A stretch of 64,000 nucleotides of DNA. Source: Eledone cirrhosa (Eukaryota). Positions 26,276-38,800 of this stretch are shown one piece after another. Location of the stretch: positions 33,976,001-34,040,000 of the forward strand of contig OZ024754.1 in the NCBI GenBank assembly GCA_964016885.1. Direction: 5' to 3'. Positions within the stretch are counted from its first letter, which is position 1. Each line of letters starts with the position of its first letter. A program made the translations under genes and the position numbers. The notes beneath the pieces were generated by a model, which was given only the letters and a program-made list of their open reading frames with translations, had not been told where the DNA came from and ran no database searches.

Positions 26276-28978
26276 AGGCACATGGCTTAGTGGTTAGAGC
26301 ATTGGCCTTGCAATCGAAAGGTTGTGAGTTCAATTCTCAGACCGGGTGGTGTGTTGTTTCCTTGAGCAAGACACTTTATTTCAAATTGCTCCAGTTTACT
26401 CAGCTGTAGAAATGAGATGATAGGGACTGAGGTCCTTATCATTCCACTGCAAAGTGGTCGTGTAGGTGCCATGGCAAAAAATCACCCAGCACTCACTGTA
26501 AATGAGGTTGGTGTTAGGAAGGGCATCCAGCTGTAGAAATCAAGCCAGAATCAGTTCCCGTCCCACCCTTGCAAGCAGGGAAAAGCGGACGTAAAATGAA
26601 ATGATGATGATGATGATGATATATATATATATATATGAGGGTCGGCTGAACATTTCCTCTCTGTATTAACTTAATCAATACAGTCTTATTGCTGTATTTC
26701 AACTGTTGTCAAAAATACTTACCTCTATATCTATAAGTACTGTGTGGATTCAGTTTAGAATAGGTACTCTCATGTCTCAAATAATTGCCCCCAGCTTATT
26801 AATTTTTTCAGATCTGTCCCACCATTCTTATTCAGGGGGTGGGGGGGGGGGAAATCAACAGAGACAACCTAGAAAAATTACTGATTTTCCAACCCCCCCC
26901 CCCCCAATTATTACACCCTACCCCACCTTCACTTATTCCAACTTTCCCATTTATTCCAACCCCTGAGAGTACACCATATCCCTGCATGGTTCCAGTTTAG
27001 AATATGTATACTGTATCCCTGTGTGGATCAAATTTAGAATAGGTACACCATATTCTCTGGTGGATCTAGTTTAAAATAGATACAACATATCCATTCATGG
27101 ATCCAGTTTAGGATAGGTGAATAGGTATACTGTATCTCTGTGTTGATCCAGTTTAGAACAGATACACCATATTCCTGTGTGTTGCAAAAAGTGACTAAAA
27201 GAGTTGGCACCAAGAAGGACTTGTGGCTATAAAACCTAACCTCAAAAAAGACCCCACGATGAGTATTAAGACTATCATTGGGCCTGCAAGGTTAACTCCT
27301 GATTTAGAAGGGAAAATAACCTTAAAACATGTTATATTGCTGTTGTTGCATATACCTACATCACGAGACATTACTGTATATCTGCAACCCACCATTAAAT
27401 CATTGTATTTACACCTCCCTTTCTATGTCTACATGGATTGAACAGGTTTTCTATAGCATAGCTTTCCTCCATCTGTCATGTTTCTTTATCTCTGTGAGGT
27501 TTAGTATTCTCACTACCTCTGCCCAGGTTTTCCTTGGCTTTCCTCGTCTGCAGCTATCTTACACCTGAAATTCATGTCACTTCTTCACCCAATGATCATC
27601 ATCCATATACATCATATGTTTATACCAGTACAATCTTCTCTCTGGTATGCTGCATCTGAACCCTCTAATGCCCAGTTTTTCCTTCACCATTTTATAGTTT
27701 ATTCCCTATAAACCCAGTATTATCAATAAAGATTTCTAACAATGGCACAATGTCACATATTTTGGGGCTGAATACACTCGATTAAACTGATCCAAATACT
27801 TGACCAGTATTTCATTATTTATTGGCCTAGGAAGAATGAAAGACAAAGCTGACTTTGGTGGTATTTGAACTCATAATGGAAAGGTTAAAGTCTCTCTCAA
27901 TCCTAGAAGATCGGTGAGTCAAAGCTAATCCTGGTTTTATTGGTGTTAAATGACTGTGAGTACAAGATTCCCTCCTAGACATGATGTCAATCATACTTTC
28001 TCTTTTGGCATGGTTTCTGTGGCTGGATGCTCTTCTTATTGCCAACCACTTTACAAAGTGTACTGTGTGCATGTTATTGTGGCACTAGCACTATAGTGTA
28101 CAAGGTACATTGATACTTGTTGGTAACAAGTTTGGTGCTAATAGCTCTGTTGTTTGTAACCTGCATAGACTGGCTGAGATTCTCATTTTTCTGATATATA
28201 AACCATAGTCATGTACTAACTAATGGAGAAAGATGTGAACATGGCTGGCCAAATTAACTCTTTAGCATTTACATTACTCTATATTTACTATTGTATTTTC
28301 ATGGTAATGGCTTTACATCATAATTATCTCACATAATATTGAATCTATGAGATTTTTATATTATTTATTTTGAGAATAATACCTTAATATCAGTATGAGT
28401 GGCCAGTTACATCTGGTTTAAACAGAAAGAGGTGAAAGAATTATGGCCAGATATGGCCAGTTTAAATGCTAATGGGTTAAATAGGTCATAAACATACAGA
28501 GTAGTTTAACCTTTTTCATACCAAACTGCATGAAACCAGCTTTGCTTCTATGATACAAAGCTGTTTATTTTAAAGTGTGTATATTTATTTTAAAACATTC
28601 CATCATAAACTAATGTAAGAAAATCGTTTTGGAGTAATGTTACTCGATAGTGTGTGTAGCTCAGTGAGTCACTCCAGATAGATTTGCTACTTCTCTGAAT
28701 AGAGAGATCACAGCTCCAATACTGTGAGCATGTGGTTAGAATGTCTCAGGAAAGAATCACTGGACAGATTTTACAGGCAAAACCAACCAACAGGAGACCC
28801 GGGTGTAAACTCCAAGCAATATAAGATCCATGAGCTGAGCTGGTCTTGCTTGGGGGTCCAGCTGAATCAATTGAAGAAGATTGCTTCTGAGAGAACCTGC
28901 TGGAAGGTGTACTTGAGGACTCTTCCCCCATGACCCCTGAAGGAATATATGGGAGAAGAAGATATAAGAGTATATATA

Positions 28979-29026
<48 letters not shown>

Positions 29027-29032
29027 TATATA

Positions 29033-29065
<33 letters not shown>

Positions 29066-29841
29066 GTAATCTGAGTTTTTCGAATATTAATAATAATATT
29101 TGATTCGTTTGCAATTATGCAAACAAGACTCATTTTTAAAGCCATGTCAGTAGAATGAACCCCTCATTCTTGCTCTTGTGTTGGCATGTAAACAGAACTA
29201 TAGACACTAATGTTTCTGGGTATTACCCTTCATCAGTACAGTTCACTATTCACCTGCCAACTGTCAGAGCTAGTGAAAATATATATTTTCTAAAATATAC
29301 AGTGACTGATTAGTCAGATCTGCATATTAGCAGATCCACTGAGCAGCCAGATTTGCATATCAGCAGACTGGCCAGTTTCCTGTATACGAACGATGAATGG
29401 CCGGCTTTTCCATATTCAAATAAAAATTTAAAAAATTTCACTCTACATTGCTGAATACAATAAATGTAATCTGAGTTTTTCGAATATTAATAATAATATT
29501 CAATTCGTTTGCAATTATGCAAGATATGATATATATATATATATATATATCATCATCATCATCATCACCGTTTTATGTCCGTTCTTCCACGCTAGCATGG
29601 GTTAGACGGGTTGTCCTGTTGTGTGCAGTGTCTGGTCGGCTGACCATGCCTTGCTCATACAGGAACTGATCTGGCTTGATTTCTACAGCTGGATGCCCTT
29701 CCTAACACCAACCTCATTTACAGTGAGTGCTGGGTGCTTTTTCGTGGCGCCTACACGTCCACTTTACAGTGTGGGCTGGGTGCTTTTTTGCCGTGGCACC
29801 TCCACGACCACCTTGCGGTGGGGGTGTGGGGGCATATTGTT

Positions 29842-29886
<45 letters not shown>

Positions 29887-32800
29887 CATATTACATGCCA
29901 CCATTTTCGTATCTAATTGTACATAGAGTTGTCAGATCTCAAATGAATTTCACAACCAAAATATTCATAAAAATTCATCAGAATTTTTTACATCAACTGT
30001 GATGATGATGATGATGAGCCAAGCCAAGCTCTGGTTCTATGAAACAAAACCACCCATTTAAAAATGGCTCCTATTTAACTCTTTAGCATTTACATTACTT
30101 TATATTTACTATTGTATTTTCACAGTAAACACTTTACCTTACATAATTATCTCACATAATATTGAATCTATGAGATTTTGATGTTATTTATTTTGAGAAG
30201 ATAAGTATGGATAGCCCGTCTCGGTCAGTTTGAACAGAAAGAGTTGAGATAATTCGGGCCAAATACGGCCGGTTTAAATGCTAAAGGGTTAAAGGAAGAG
30301 CTTCCAATATAATTTTATAAAAGAACTAGCAGTAAAGCCCGGCGTTGCTCGGGGTCGCTCAGTAGCTGTGTTAAAGTTACAATGTTAAGTTTCTTTCTTG
30401 GCTTAAAAACTGTAGTGTCTACTGTGCAGACTTGCATGTGGTGTTTTTGATTAATATTCCCTCAAACAACAATATGCCTTATGAAGTTAAGAAAACATAA
30501 CGATAACCCGAATGTTATAAAAGAGGATGCTGGGGATAGAAACTGCACTGGTTATTTATTAACAAAGATCGAAAATGTAAACACTGCAACGCAGAGAAAA
30601 ACATTAGCGTAACCAAATTATCAGTTACTAGCAGTAAAGCCCGGCGTTGCTCGGGGTCGCTCAGTAGCTGTGTTAAAGTTACAATGTTAAGTTTCTTTTT
30701 TGGCTTAAAAACTGTAGTGTCTACTGTGCAGACTTGCATGTGGTGTTTTTGATTAATATTCCCTCAAACAACAATATGCCTTATGAAGTTAAGAAAACAT
30801 AACGATAACCCGAATGTTATAACAAAAGAGGATGCTGGGGATAGAAACTGCACTGGTTATTTATTAACAAAGATCGAAAATGTAAACACTGCAACGCAGA
30901 TAAAAACATTAGCGTAACCAAATTATCAGTTATGTCTGTCTGCACGCCTATATCACCTCTCTGCACGACTGTCTGTCTGCACGCCTATATCACCTCTCTG
31001 CACGACTGTCTGTCTGCACACCTATATCACCTCTCTGCACGACTGTCTGTCTGCACGCGTATATCACCTCTCTGCACGACTGTCTGTCTGCACGACTGTC
31101 TGTCTGCACGCCTAACGACGAAATATTTGCTTGTTTTACGTAGTCTTTAAATAGACTTGTTTTCAAGTAAAAATATTGTTTTAAAATGCTTTTAAATGGA
31201 AATGAAGCAAAACGGAAGCTTAGTGTTCGAACTGATGAATTTTGCAGGTCAATATTTTGCTATGTCATTTTAAACGCTGAGAAAGCCAGCGTAATTTTTT
31301 ACGTAAGACGCTCAATGTAAACAGAACAAAGGGAAATAACTGATAACTTATGCTCAAAAATCGATACATTATATTCGATTTCGTCACATAGGGTGGGTCA
31401 ATTTGAAATTTTTTTTTTTCCGATGTCTTCGCTAGGGCTCAATGTACAAGTCTAGCAATTTCGGTGCAATTCCGTGAGAGATTCTAAGAGGAGATGTGTG
31501 CCAAAAATCGATAGACAGACAGACAACCACAGTTTTATATATATAGATTGTATTTTCACAGTAAACACTTTACCTTACATAATTATCTCACATAATATTG
31601 AATCTATGAGATTTTGATGTTATTTATTTTGAGAAGATAAGTATGGATAGCCCGTCTCGGTCAGTTTGAACAGAAAGAGTTGAGATAATTCGGGCCAAAT
31701 ACGGCCGGTTTAAATGCTAAAGGGTTAAAGGAAGAGCTTCCAATATAATTTTATAAAAGAACTAGCAGTAAAGCCCGGCGTTGCTCGGGGTCGCTCAGTA
31801 GCTGTGTTAAAGTTACAATGTTAAGTTTCTTTCTTGGCTTAAAAACTGTAGTGTCTACTGTGCAGACTTGCATGTGGTGTTTTTGATTAATATTCCCTCA
31901 AACAACAATATGCCTTATGAAGTTAAGAAAACATAACGATAACCCGAATGTTATAACAAAAGAGGATGCTGGGGATAGAAACTGCACTGGTTATTTATTA
32001 ACAAAGATCGAAAATGTAAACACTGCAACGCAGAGAAAAACATTAGCGTAACCAAATTATCAGTTACTAGCAGTAAAGCCTGGCGTTGCTCGGGGTCGCT
32101 CAGTAGCTGTGTTAAAGTTACAATGTTAAGTTTCTTTTTTGGCTTAAAAACTGTAGTGTCTACTGTGCAGACTTGCATGTGGTGTTTTTGATTAATATTC
32201 CCTCAAACAACAATATGCCTTATGAAGTTAAGAAAACATAACGATAACCCGAATGTTATAACAAAAGAGGATGCTGGGGATAAAAACTGCACTGGTTATT
32301 TATTAACAAAGATCGAAAATGTAAACACTGCAACGCAGATAAAAACATTAGCGTAACCAAATTATCAGTTATGTCTGTCTGCACGCCTATATCACCTCTC
32401 TGCACGACTGTCTGTCTGCACGCCTATATCACCTCTCTGCACGACTGTCTGTCTGCACGCCTATATCACCTCTCTGCACGACTGTCTGTCTGCACGCGTA
32501 TATCACCTCTCTGCACGACTGTCTGTCTGCACGACTGTCTGTCTGCACGCCTAACGACGAAATATTTGCTTGTTTTACGTAGTCTTTAAATAGACTTGTT
32601 TTCAAGTAAAAATATTGTTTTAAAATGCTTTTAAATGGAAATGAAGCAAAACGGAAGCTTAGTGTTCGAACTGATGAATTTTGCAGGTCAATATTTTGCT
32701 GGCTCGACAACTGTTCGTGTATTGTGTTAATGTCATTTTAAACGCTGAGAAAGCCAGCGTAATTTTTTACGTAAGACGCTCAATGTAAACAGAACAAAGG

Positions 32801-35800
32801 GAAATAACTGATAACTTACGCTCAAAAATCGATACATTATATTCGATTTCGTCACATAGGGTGGGTCAATTTGAAATTTTTTTTTTTCCGATGTCTTCGC
32901 TAGGGCTCAATGTACAAGTCTAGCAATTTCGGTGCAATTCCGTGAGAGATTCTAAGAGGAGATGTGTGCCAAAAATCGATAGACAGACAGACAACCACAG
33001 TTTTATATATATAGATTATACTTTAAGTTACTCTAAGTAATTATAGTAAACCCTTCAAAATTCTTTATTAATTAATTAATTGAAATAGTGTATTTCATTA
33101 GAATATAGTTATGGAACAGTTCATTCTGTGACACACCTAGAGATTATTGGTGACACACTAAATTGCTGTGGCACACCTAGAGATTATTGGTGGCACACTA
33201 AAGTGTCACAACACACCTAGAGATTATTGGTGACACACTAAATTGCTGTGGCACACCTAGAGATTATTGGTGGCACACTAAATTGTCACAACACACCTAG
33301 AGATTATTGGTGGCACACTAAATTGTCACAACACACCTAGAGATTATTGGTGGCACACTAAAGTGTCACAACACACCTAGAGATTATTGGTGGCACACTA
33401 AAGTGTCACAACACACCTAGAGATTATTGGTGGCACACTAAAGTGTCACAACACACCTGGAGATTATTGGTGACACACTAAATTGCTGTGGCACACCTAG
33501 AGATTATTGGTGGAACACTAAATTGCTGTGGCACACCTAGAGATTATTGGTGGCACACTAAAGTGTCACAACACGCCTAGAGGTTATTGGTGACACTCTA
33601 AAGTGTCACAACACACCTAGAGATTATTGGTGGCACACTAAAGTGTCACAACACACCTAGAGGTTATTGGTGACACACTAAAGTGTCACAACACTGCTAG
33701 AGGTTATTGGTGACACACTAAAGTATCACAACACACTAACGTGTCACAACACACTAAAGTGTCACAACACACCTAGAAGTTATTGGTGACACACTAAAAT
33801 GTCACAAAATATAGGTTGGACACCTTTGCTGTAGTTGTTAGTAGGATTTGATTTTTCAATGATCAAAGCATGCTCCAGTGTTAGTCAACATGCCAAAATA
33901 TATAAACAAAGAAAAATTTCTTTAGAAATGTTTTTTTCTTTATTTGCTTTACTTTCAATTAATATATTTTATCATTTGATTCTTTATTGAAATACATTGA
34001 AATTTATAAGAGAATATTTTTACTTTGGCATGATTTGACCATAAAAAAATAACCTACATTTTACTGTTAGGTAAAATCAGAATAACAAATCTGTGAAGAT
34101 TATTACAATATTTCCTTGGACAATATTGGTGATGTGGAAGACTGGCATACACAGACAACTGCTGGCTTCACAAACCTCTTTGCCCCAGTTCAGCTCATGG
34201 AAGCAAACCCACAGTTATTGAAAAATACCAATTAAAATGAAATTTAGTAGAAATAGAAGCTTTCGCTGTGTTTTTGACTAAAGAAATTTTAACCTGATAG
34301 TGGTGTTTAAAATCCCCTAAAAATGGAAAAGGATGAGTATTGACGTACATTTAAAAAAAAAAAAGAAAGAAAACAACCTTTTTTGTTGTTGCAAATTCTG
34401 CATTTCTGATATTCAAAATATCAAAATGCCTTAAACCTTTTGATACCAAACCTCATGAAAGCTGCCCCTAATACTATGATACGAAACTGTTTGATTTGAA
34501 GTCTTTATATTTATCTAACCTTCCACCATAATTGTATGTAAGAAACTTTGTTAAGCTATGTTCCAAACACCAGTCTGTATAACTAAAACCTTCCAAAGTT
34601 CTATTTTAAAAATTATTTGAAATATTGGTAGTGTATTTCATAAGAAATATAGAAGTAAAAGAGAATCTTTTTGATACCAACTCAGCCAAATCTGGCTCTG
34701 CTTTCATGAAACAAAAACCTACCCATTTTACAGTGCTCCTACTAAAATTATATATATATACACAATATATATATATATACAATATATATATATGTATTGT
34801 TTATATAGAAAACTGAACATGCTGGTGACACAACAAAAGCCCCTAGTCCACCATGTAAGGTGTGTTTGTTAGTATCATCACAAAAGAGCACCTAATCCTC
34901 TCTGTAAGGTAAACATGACAAAAGAGTACCTAACACTCTCTGCAAGGTGGTCGTGCTGGTGACATGACAAATAAACACCCAGTCCACCCTATGAGATGGT
35001 CATGTTGGGGACATGACAGGAGGCACCCAGCTCATCCTATAGAGTAGTCATGCCAGCAAAACGACACAACAATAAATGCCCAGCCCACCCAGTAAAGTGG
35101 TCACATTGGAGACATGATGAAAAGCACCTAATCCACATTGTAAATTGATTGTTTTGGTGGCACAACAAAAAGTGCCCAGTCGACACTGTGAAGTTGTCGT
35201 GTTGGTGTTGGGGCAAAAAGCGCCCAGTCCACACTGTGATTGGCATTAAGAAGGGTATCCAGCTGTAGAAACCAAGCCAGAAATGGTTCTGCATGAGCAA
35301 TCCATGGTCATCTGATCTAACTTGTCTCACAACGGGAGGGCCCATCTAACACAAGCTAGCATGGAAAATGGACGTTAAACAATGATGATGATGAAGATGT
35401 ATTCATATCCGCACAGATTTTGACATCAAATATTTGAGTGAAAAATGTGTGTCGTACTGAAATATGATAATAATTTTAGTAAATTCTTCAACACGATTCA
35501 TTAATTGAATGAAATAGAGTGTATTTCACTAGAAATACGATCATGAAAGAGTTAAACTGTATTATATTCAATGTAAGGTGTAATATGTATTGTTGGAAAG
35601 AGGCAGAGTGAAAAACAAGTTAATTTCTGGCTGAATATCCTACCTCGATGTCACTCATGTCCATGAGAACAGCATATGTACTGAGATGTGTACAGGAACA
35701 AACCACATATTTGTCTTCCTTCAGTTGGAAATGATCAGTCATCACACAGCCCTTCCTTGACCAATAGCCATTTAACCTACAAACAATAATATAAACAAAA

Positions 35801-38800
35801 ACCGCAAAGAAAATTAGGAAGGATCGTTTTGTCAGCAAATAAATACAACAAAGAATTAAAAAGTAAACAGCAAATATAATAGTAGATGTTGTATATATAT
35901 ATAGTCACTGCAGATAATAATAGCTTTTTGGGCTTTATTATATAGAAACTATATAATTAATCTAAACTATAATAAAGTAAGGAACGCGGGATTGTGTACG
36001 GTTTATAATTTTTTATCCCCTTAGTAAAATAAGTTGGATTACTTTGAATAAATAATGAATGAATATTACAAAATTTATCTAATAAATTTCGTAGCTGTTC
36101 ATTAAATACATTTTATTACTTATTTAAAGATTCACTTCTTTAAAATTTTCAAATGTCAACACTTCCAGTTAGCGATCGTTTAAATAAATATTCATATATT
36201 TCTGTCACTAATTTTCTCCTAATGCAGTTTATATATAAAATCGTCTATTTTTAATGTATCATGGATTATGTTACTGATTACATAAGACAGTGTAACATAG
36301 TCTTCGTTCAATTTCTGTGTATATTGTCAATTATGATTTTATTTGATGTATCATATCTACATGTATATATACTTGCATATAATATCAATATACACACTAC
36401 ACACCTGAAGGGTGGTTTTTCTGCTAGTCTATATAATTAAACTATATAGTTAAACTATAAAGTTAATCAGGCTGAGGTTAACTTTGCCTTTCATCCTTAC
36501 GGGGTCGATAAAATAAAGTACCAGTAATGTACTGGGATAATTGCTGGCCTTGTGCCAAAAATAGAAACTATGTAATATGACAGCTACAGCTTGATAACAT
36601 GTCTTCCCCATTTGGTGGCTGTTGCGATCCAGTTATGTAAACCTAGTTTGGGAAGATGGGTGGTCTGTGTTTAACTTGTCCAATTTGGAAGATGAGTATG
36701 GTTGGGTTTGGCAAGAGTACAGGTTGGTGTTCGGTTCAGGGTGTTTGCTGAGTGTTTGTGAACTGACTGGAACAATAATGGTTTTTTTATCTAATATTGT
36801 TTTTACTCTAATATTGTAAATTTTTATGATTTATCTACTGGTAAAAATACTATAAACATTTCAATTAATAAAACATATGAAACCACATTAACAAGACATT
36901 CTCAAAAAGTATAAAAGGGCACTATGACTGCATCACATTAAAAATTCAAGTCTTTCACAATGATCTATCCAGAAATAAAGATATTATAAACATTTGAATT
37001 AACAAATCTGTTTTCTGATATTTTTTGCATAATCATTACAATTAACAACCAGACATATGTAACATTATTTTAAGAAAGGCGATGGATTGGCAGTATCGGT
37101 AGAGGATCGGATGCCATGCTTTGAAGCATAGAGTTACCTCCCTGTATGATCTGAGTTCAAATCCCGCCGAGGTTAACTTTGCCATTCATCCTTCCGGGGT
37201 CGATAGAATAAAGTACCAGTAATGCACTGGGTAATTGCTGGCCTTGTGCCAAAAGTAGAAACAATTATTTTAAGAAAAATTGACTGCATCACGTCAACTA
37301 TTCAAAGTTTTACTTTAATTCTATAAATTTCCACAATAATCTGTCCACTAGTAAAGTTACAATAAATATTTGAATTAACAAACCTGATTTTATACATTTT
37401 TTTTGTAATAAAAAAAATAATACAAAATGAAAACTAAAAATGACAGAAGTGGGTGATGGATATAAGATACTTTTTTTTCTTACTCACCCTCGGTTGAATG
37501 GTTGCCAGTAAACACATTGAGGGCTTGTTCTGTTGTGGGTAACAAGTTGCTTAAATGTAATATTTATTGGATCAGGGATGTGACCTTTCACATGGTGCTG
37601 TTGATTCTGTAGAACAAGACTAATAACAGGGGTACTGATGGCCATTGGGCGTTCTGGTATTTTCCTACAACAACAACAACAACAACAATAATAATAATAA
37701 TGATGATTTCTTCATTAGCCAAATGATGATGCTGATGGTGATAATGGTTTCTGATATAGATATAAGGTCAACAATTTGGGAGAGGGGAAAATCAATTAAA
37801 TGGACTCAAAACACACATGGTGGTGCATAAAGATTATATCCCACAAAATGACCCCAACCAATGAAGAAACAATAAGAGACAGGCAATCGTCTGTGAAGAT
37901 GCTGCAATCTTTGTGTGTGTGTGTGTGTGTGTGTGTATAAAAAAGTCAACAAATAAAAACAACACTGGAGATCAATACAATATGATGATGATGATGATGA
38001 TGATGGGAGGGTTGGCAGTATCGGTAGAAAATCGGACGCCATGCTTTGCAACATAGAGCTACGCCCCTTTATAGTATGAGTTCAAATCCCGCTGAGGTTC
38101 ACCCTTACGGGGTCGATAAAATAAAGTACCAGTAATGCACTGGGTAATTGCTGGCCTTGTGCCTAAAGTAGAAACAATTATTTTAATGATTGATATGATA
38201 CTGTTGGATAGTCCCAGCTTGTCATGGACTTTTAAATACATATTCAAGTTTAACCCTTTAGCATATAAATCAGCTGTATCCAGCCAGAATTGTCTCGCCT
38301 CTTTCTGTTCAAACCGGCTGTAACTGGCCACTCATACTGATGTTAAGGTATTGTTCTCAAAATAAATTATATTAAAATTTCATAGATTCGATATTATGTG
38401 AAATAATTATGTGAGGCACATGGCTTAGTGGTTAGAGCATTGGCCTTGCAATCGAAAGGTTGTGAGTTCAATTCTCAGACCGGGTGATGTGTTGTTTCCT
38501 TGAGCAAGACACTTTATTTCACATTGCTCCAGTTTACTCAGCTGTAGAAATGAGATGATAGGGACTGGGGTCCCTATCATTCCACTGCAAAGTGGTCGTG
38601 GAGGTGCCACGGCAAAAAAGCACCCAGCACTCACTGTAAATGAGGTTGGTGTTAGGAAGGGCATCCAGCTGTAGAAATCAAGCCAGAATCAGTTTCCCTC
38701 CCAGCCTTGCAAGCAGGGAAAAAGCGGACGTAAAATGAAATAAAATGAAAAAAAAGCCTTTACCGTGAAAATATAATAGTGAATAGCAACTAATGTGAAT

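Noticed and set aside
30515-32178. Duplicated 74-75-aa ORFs as a tandem gene pair
   Set aside because: Incidental frames inside the duplicated non-autonomous Helitron; no Rep or helicase motifs
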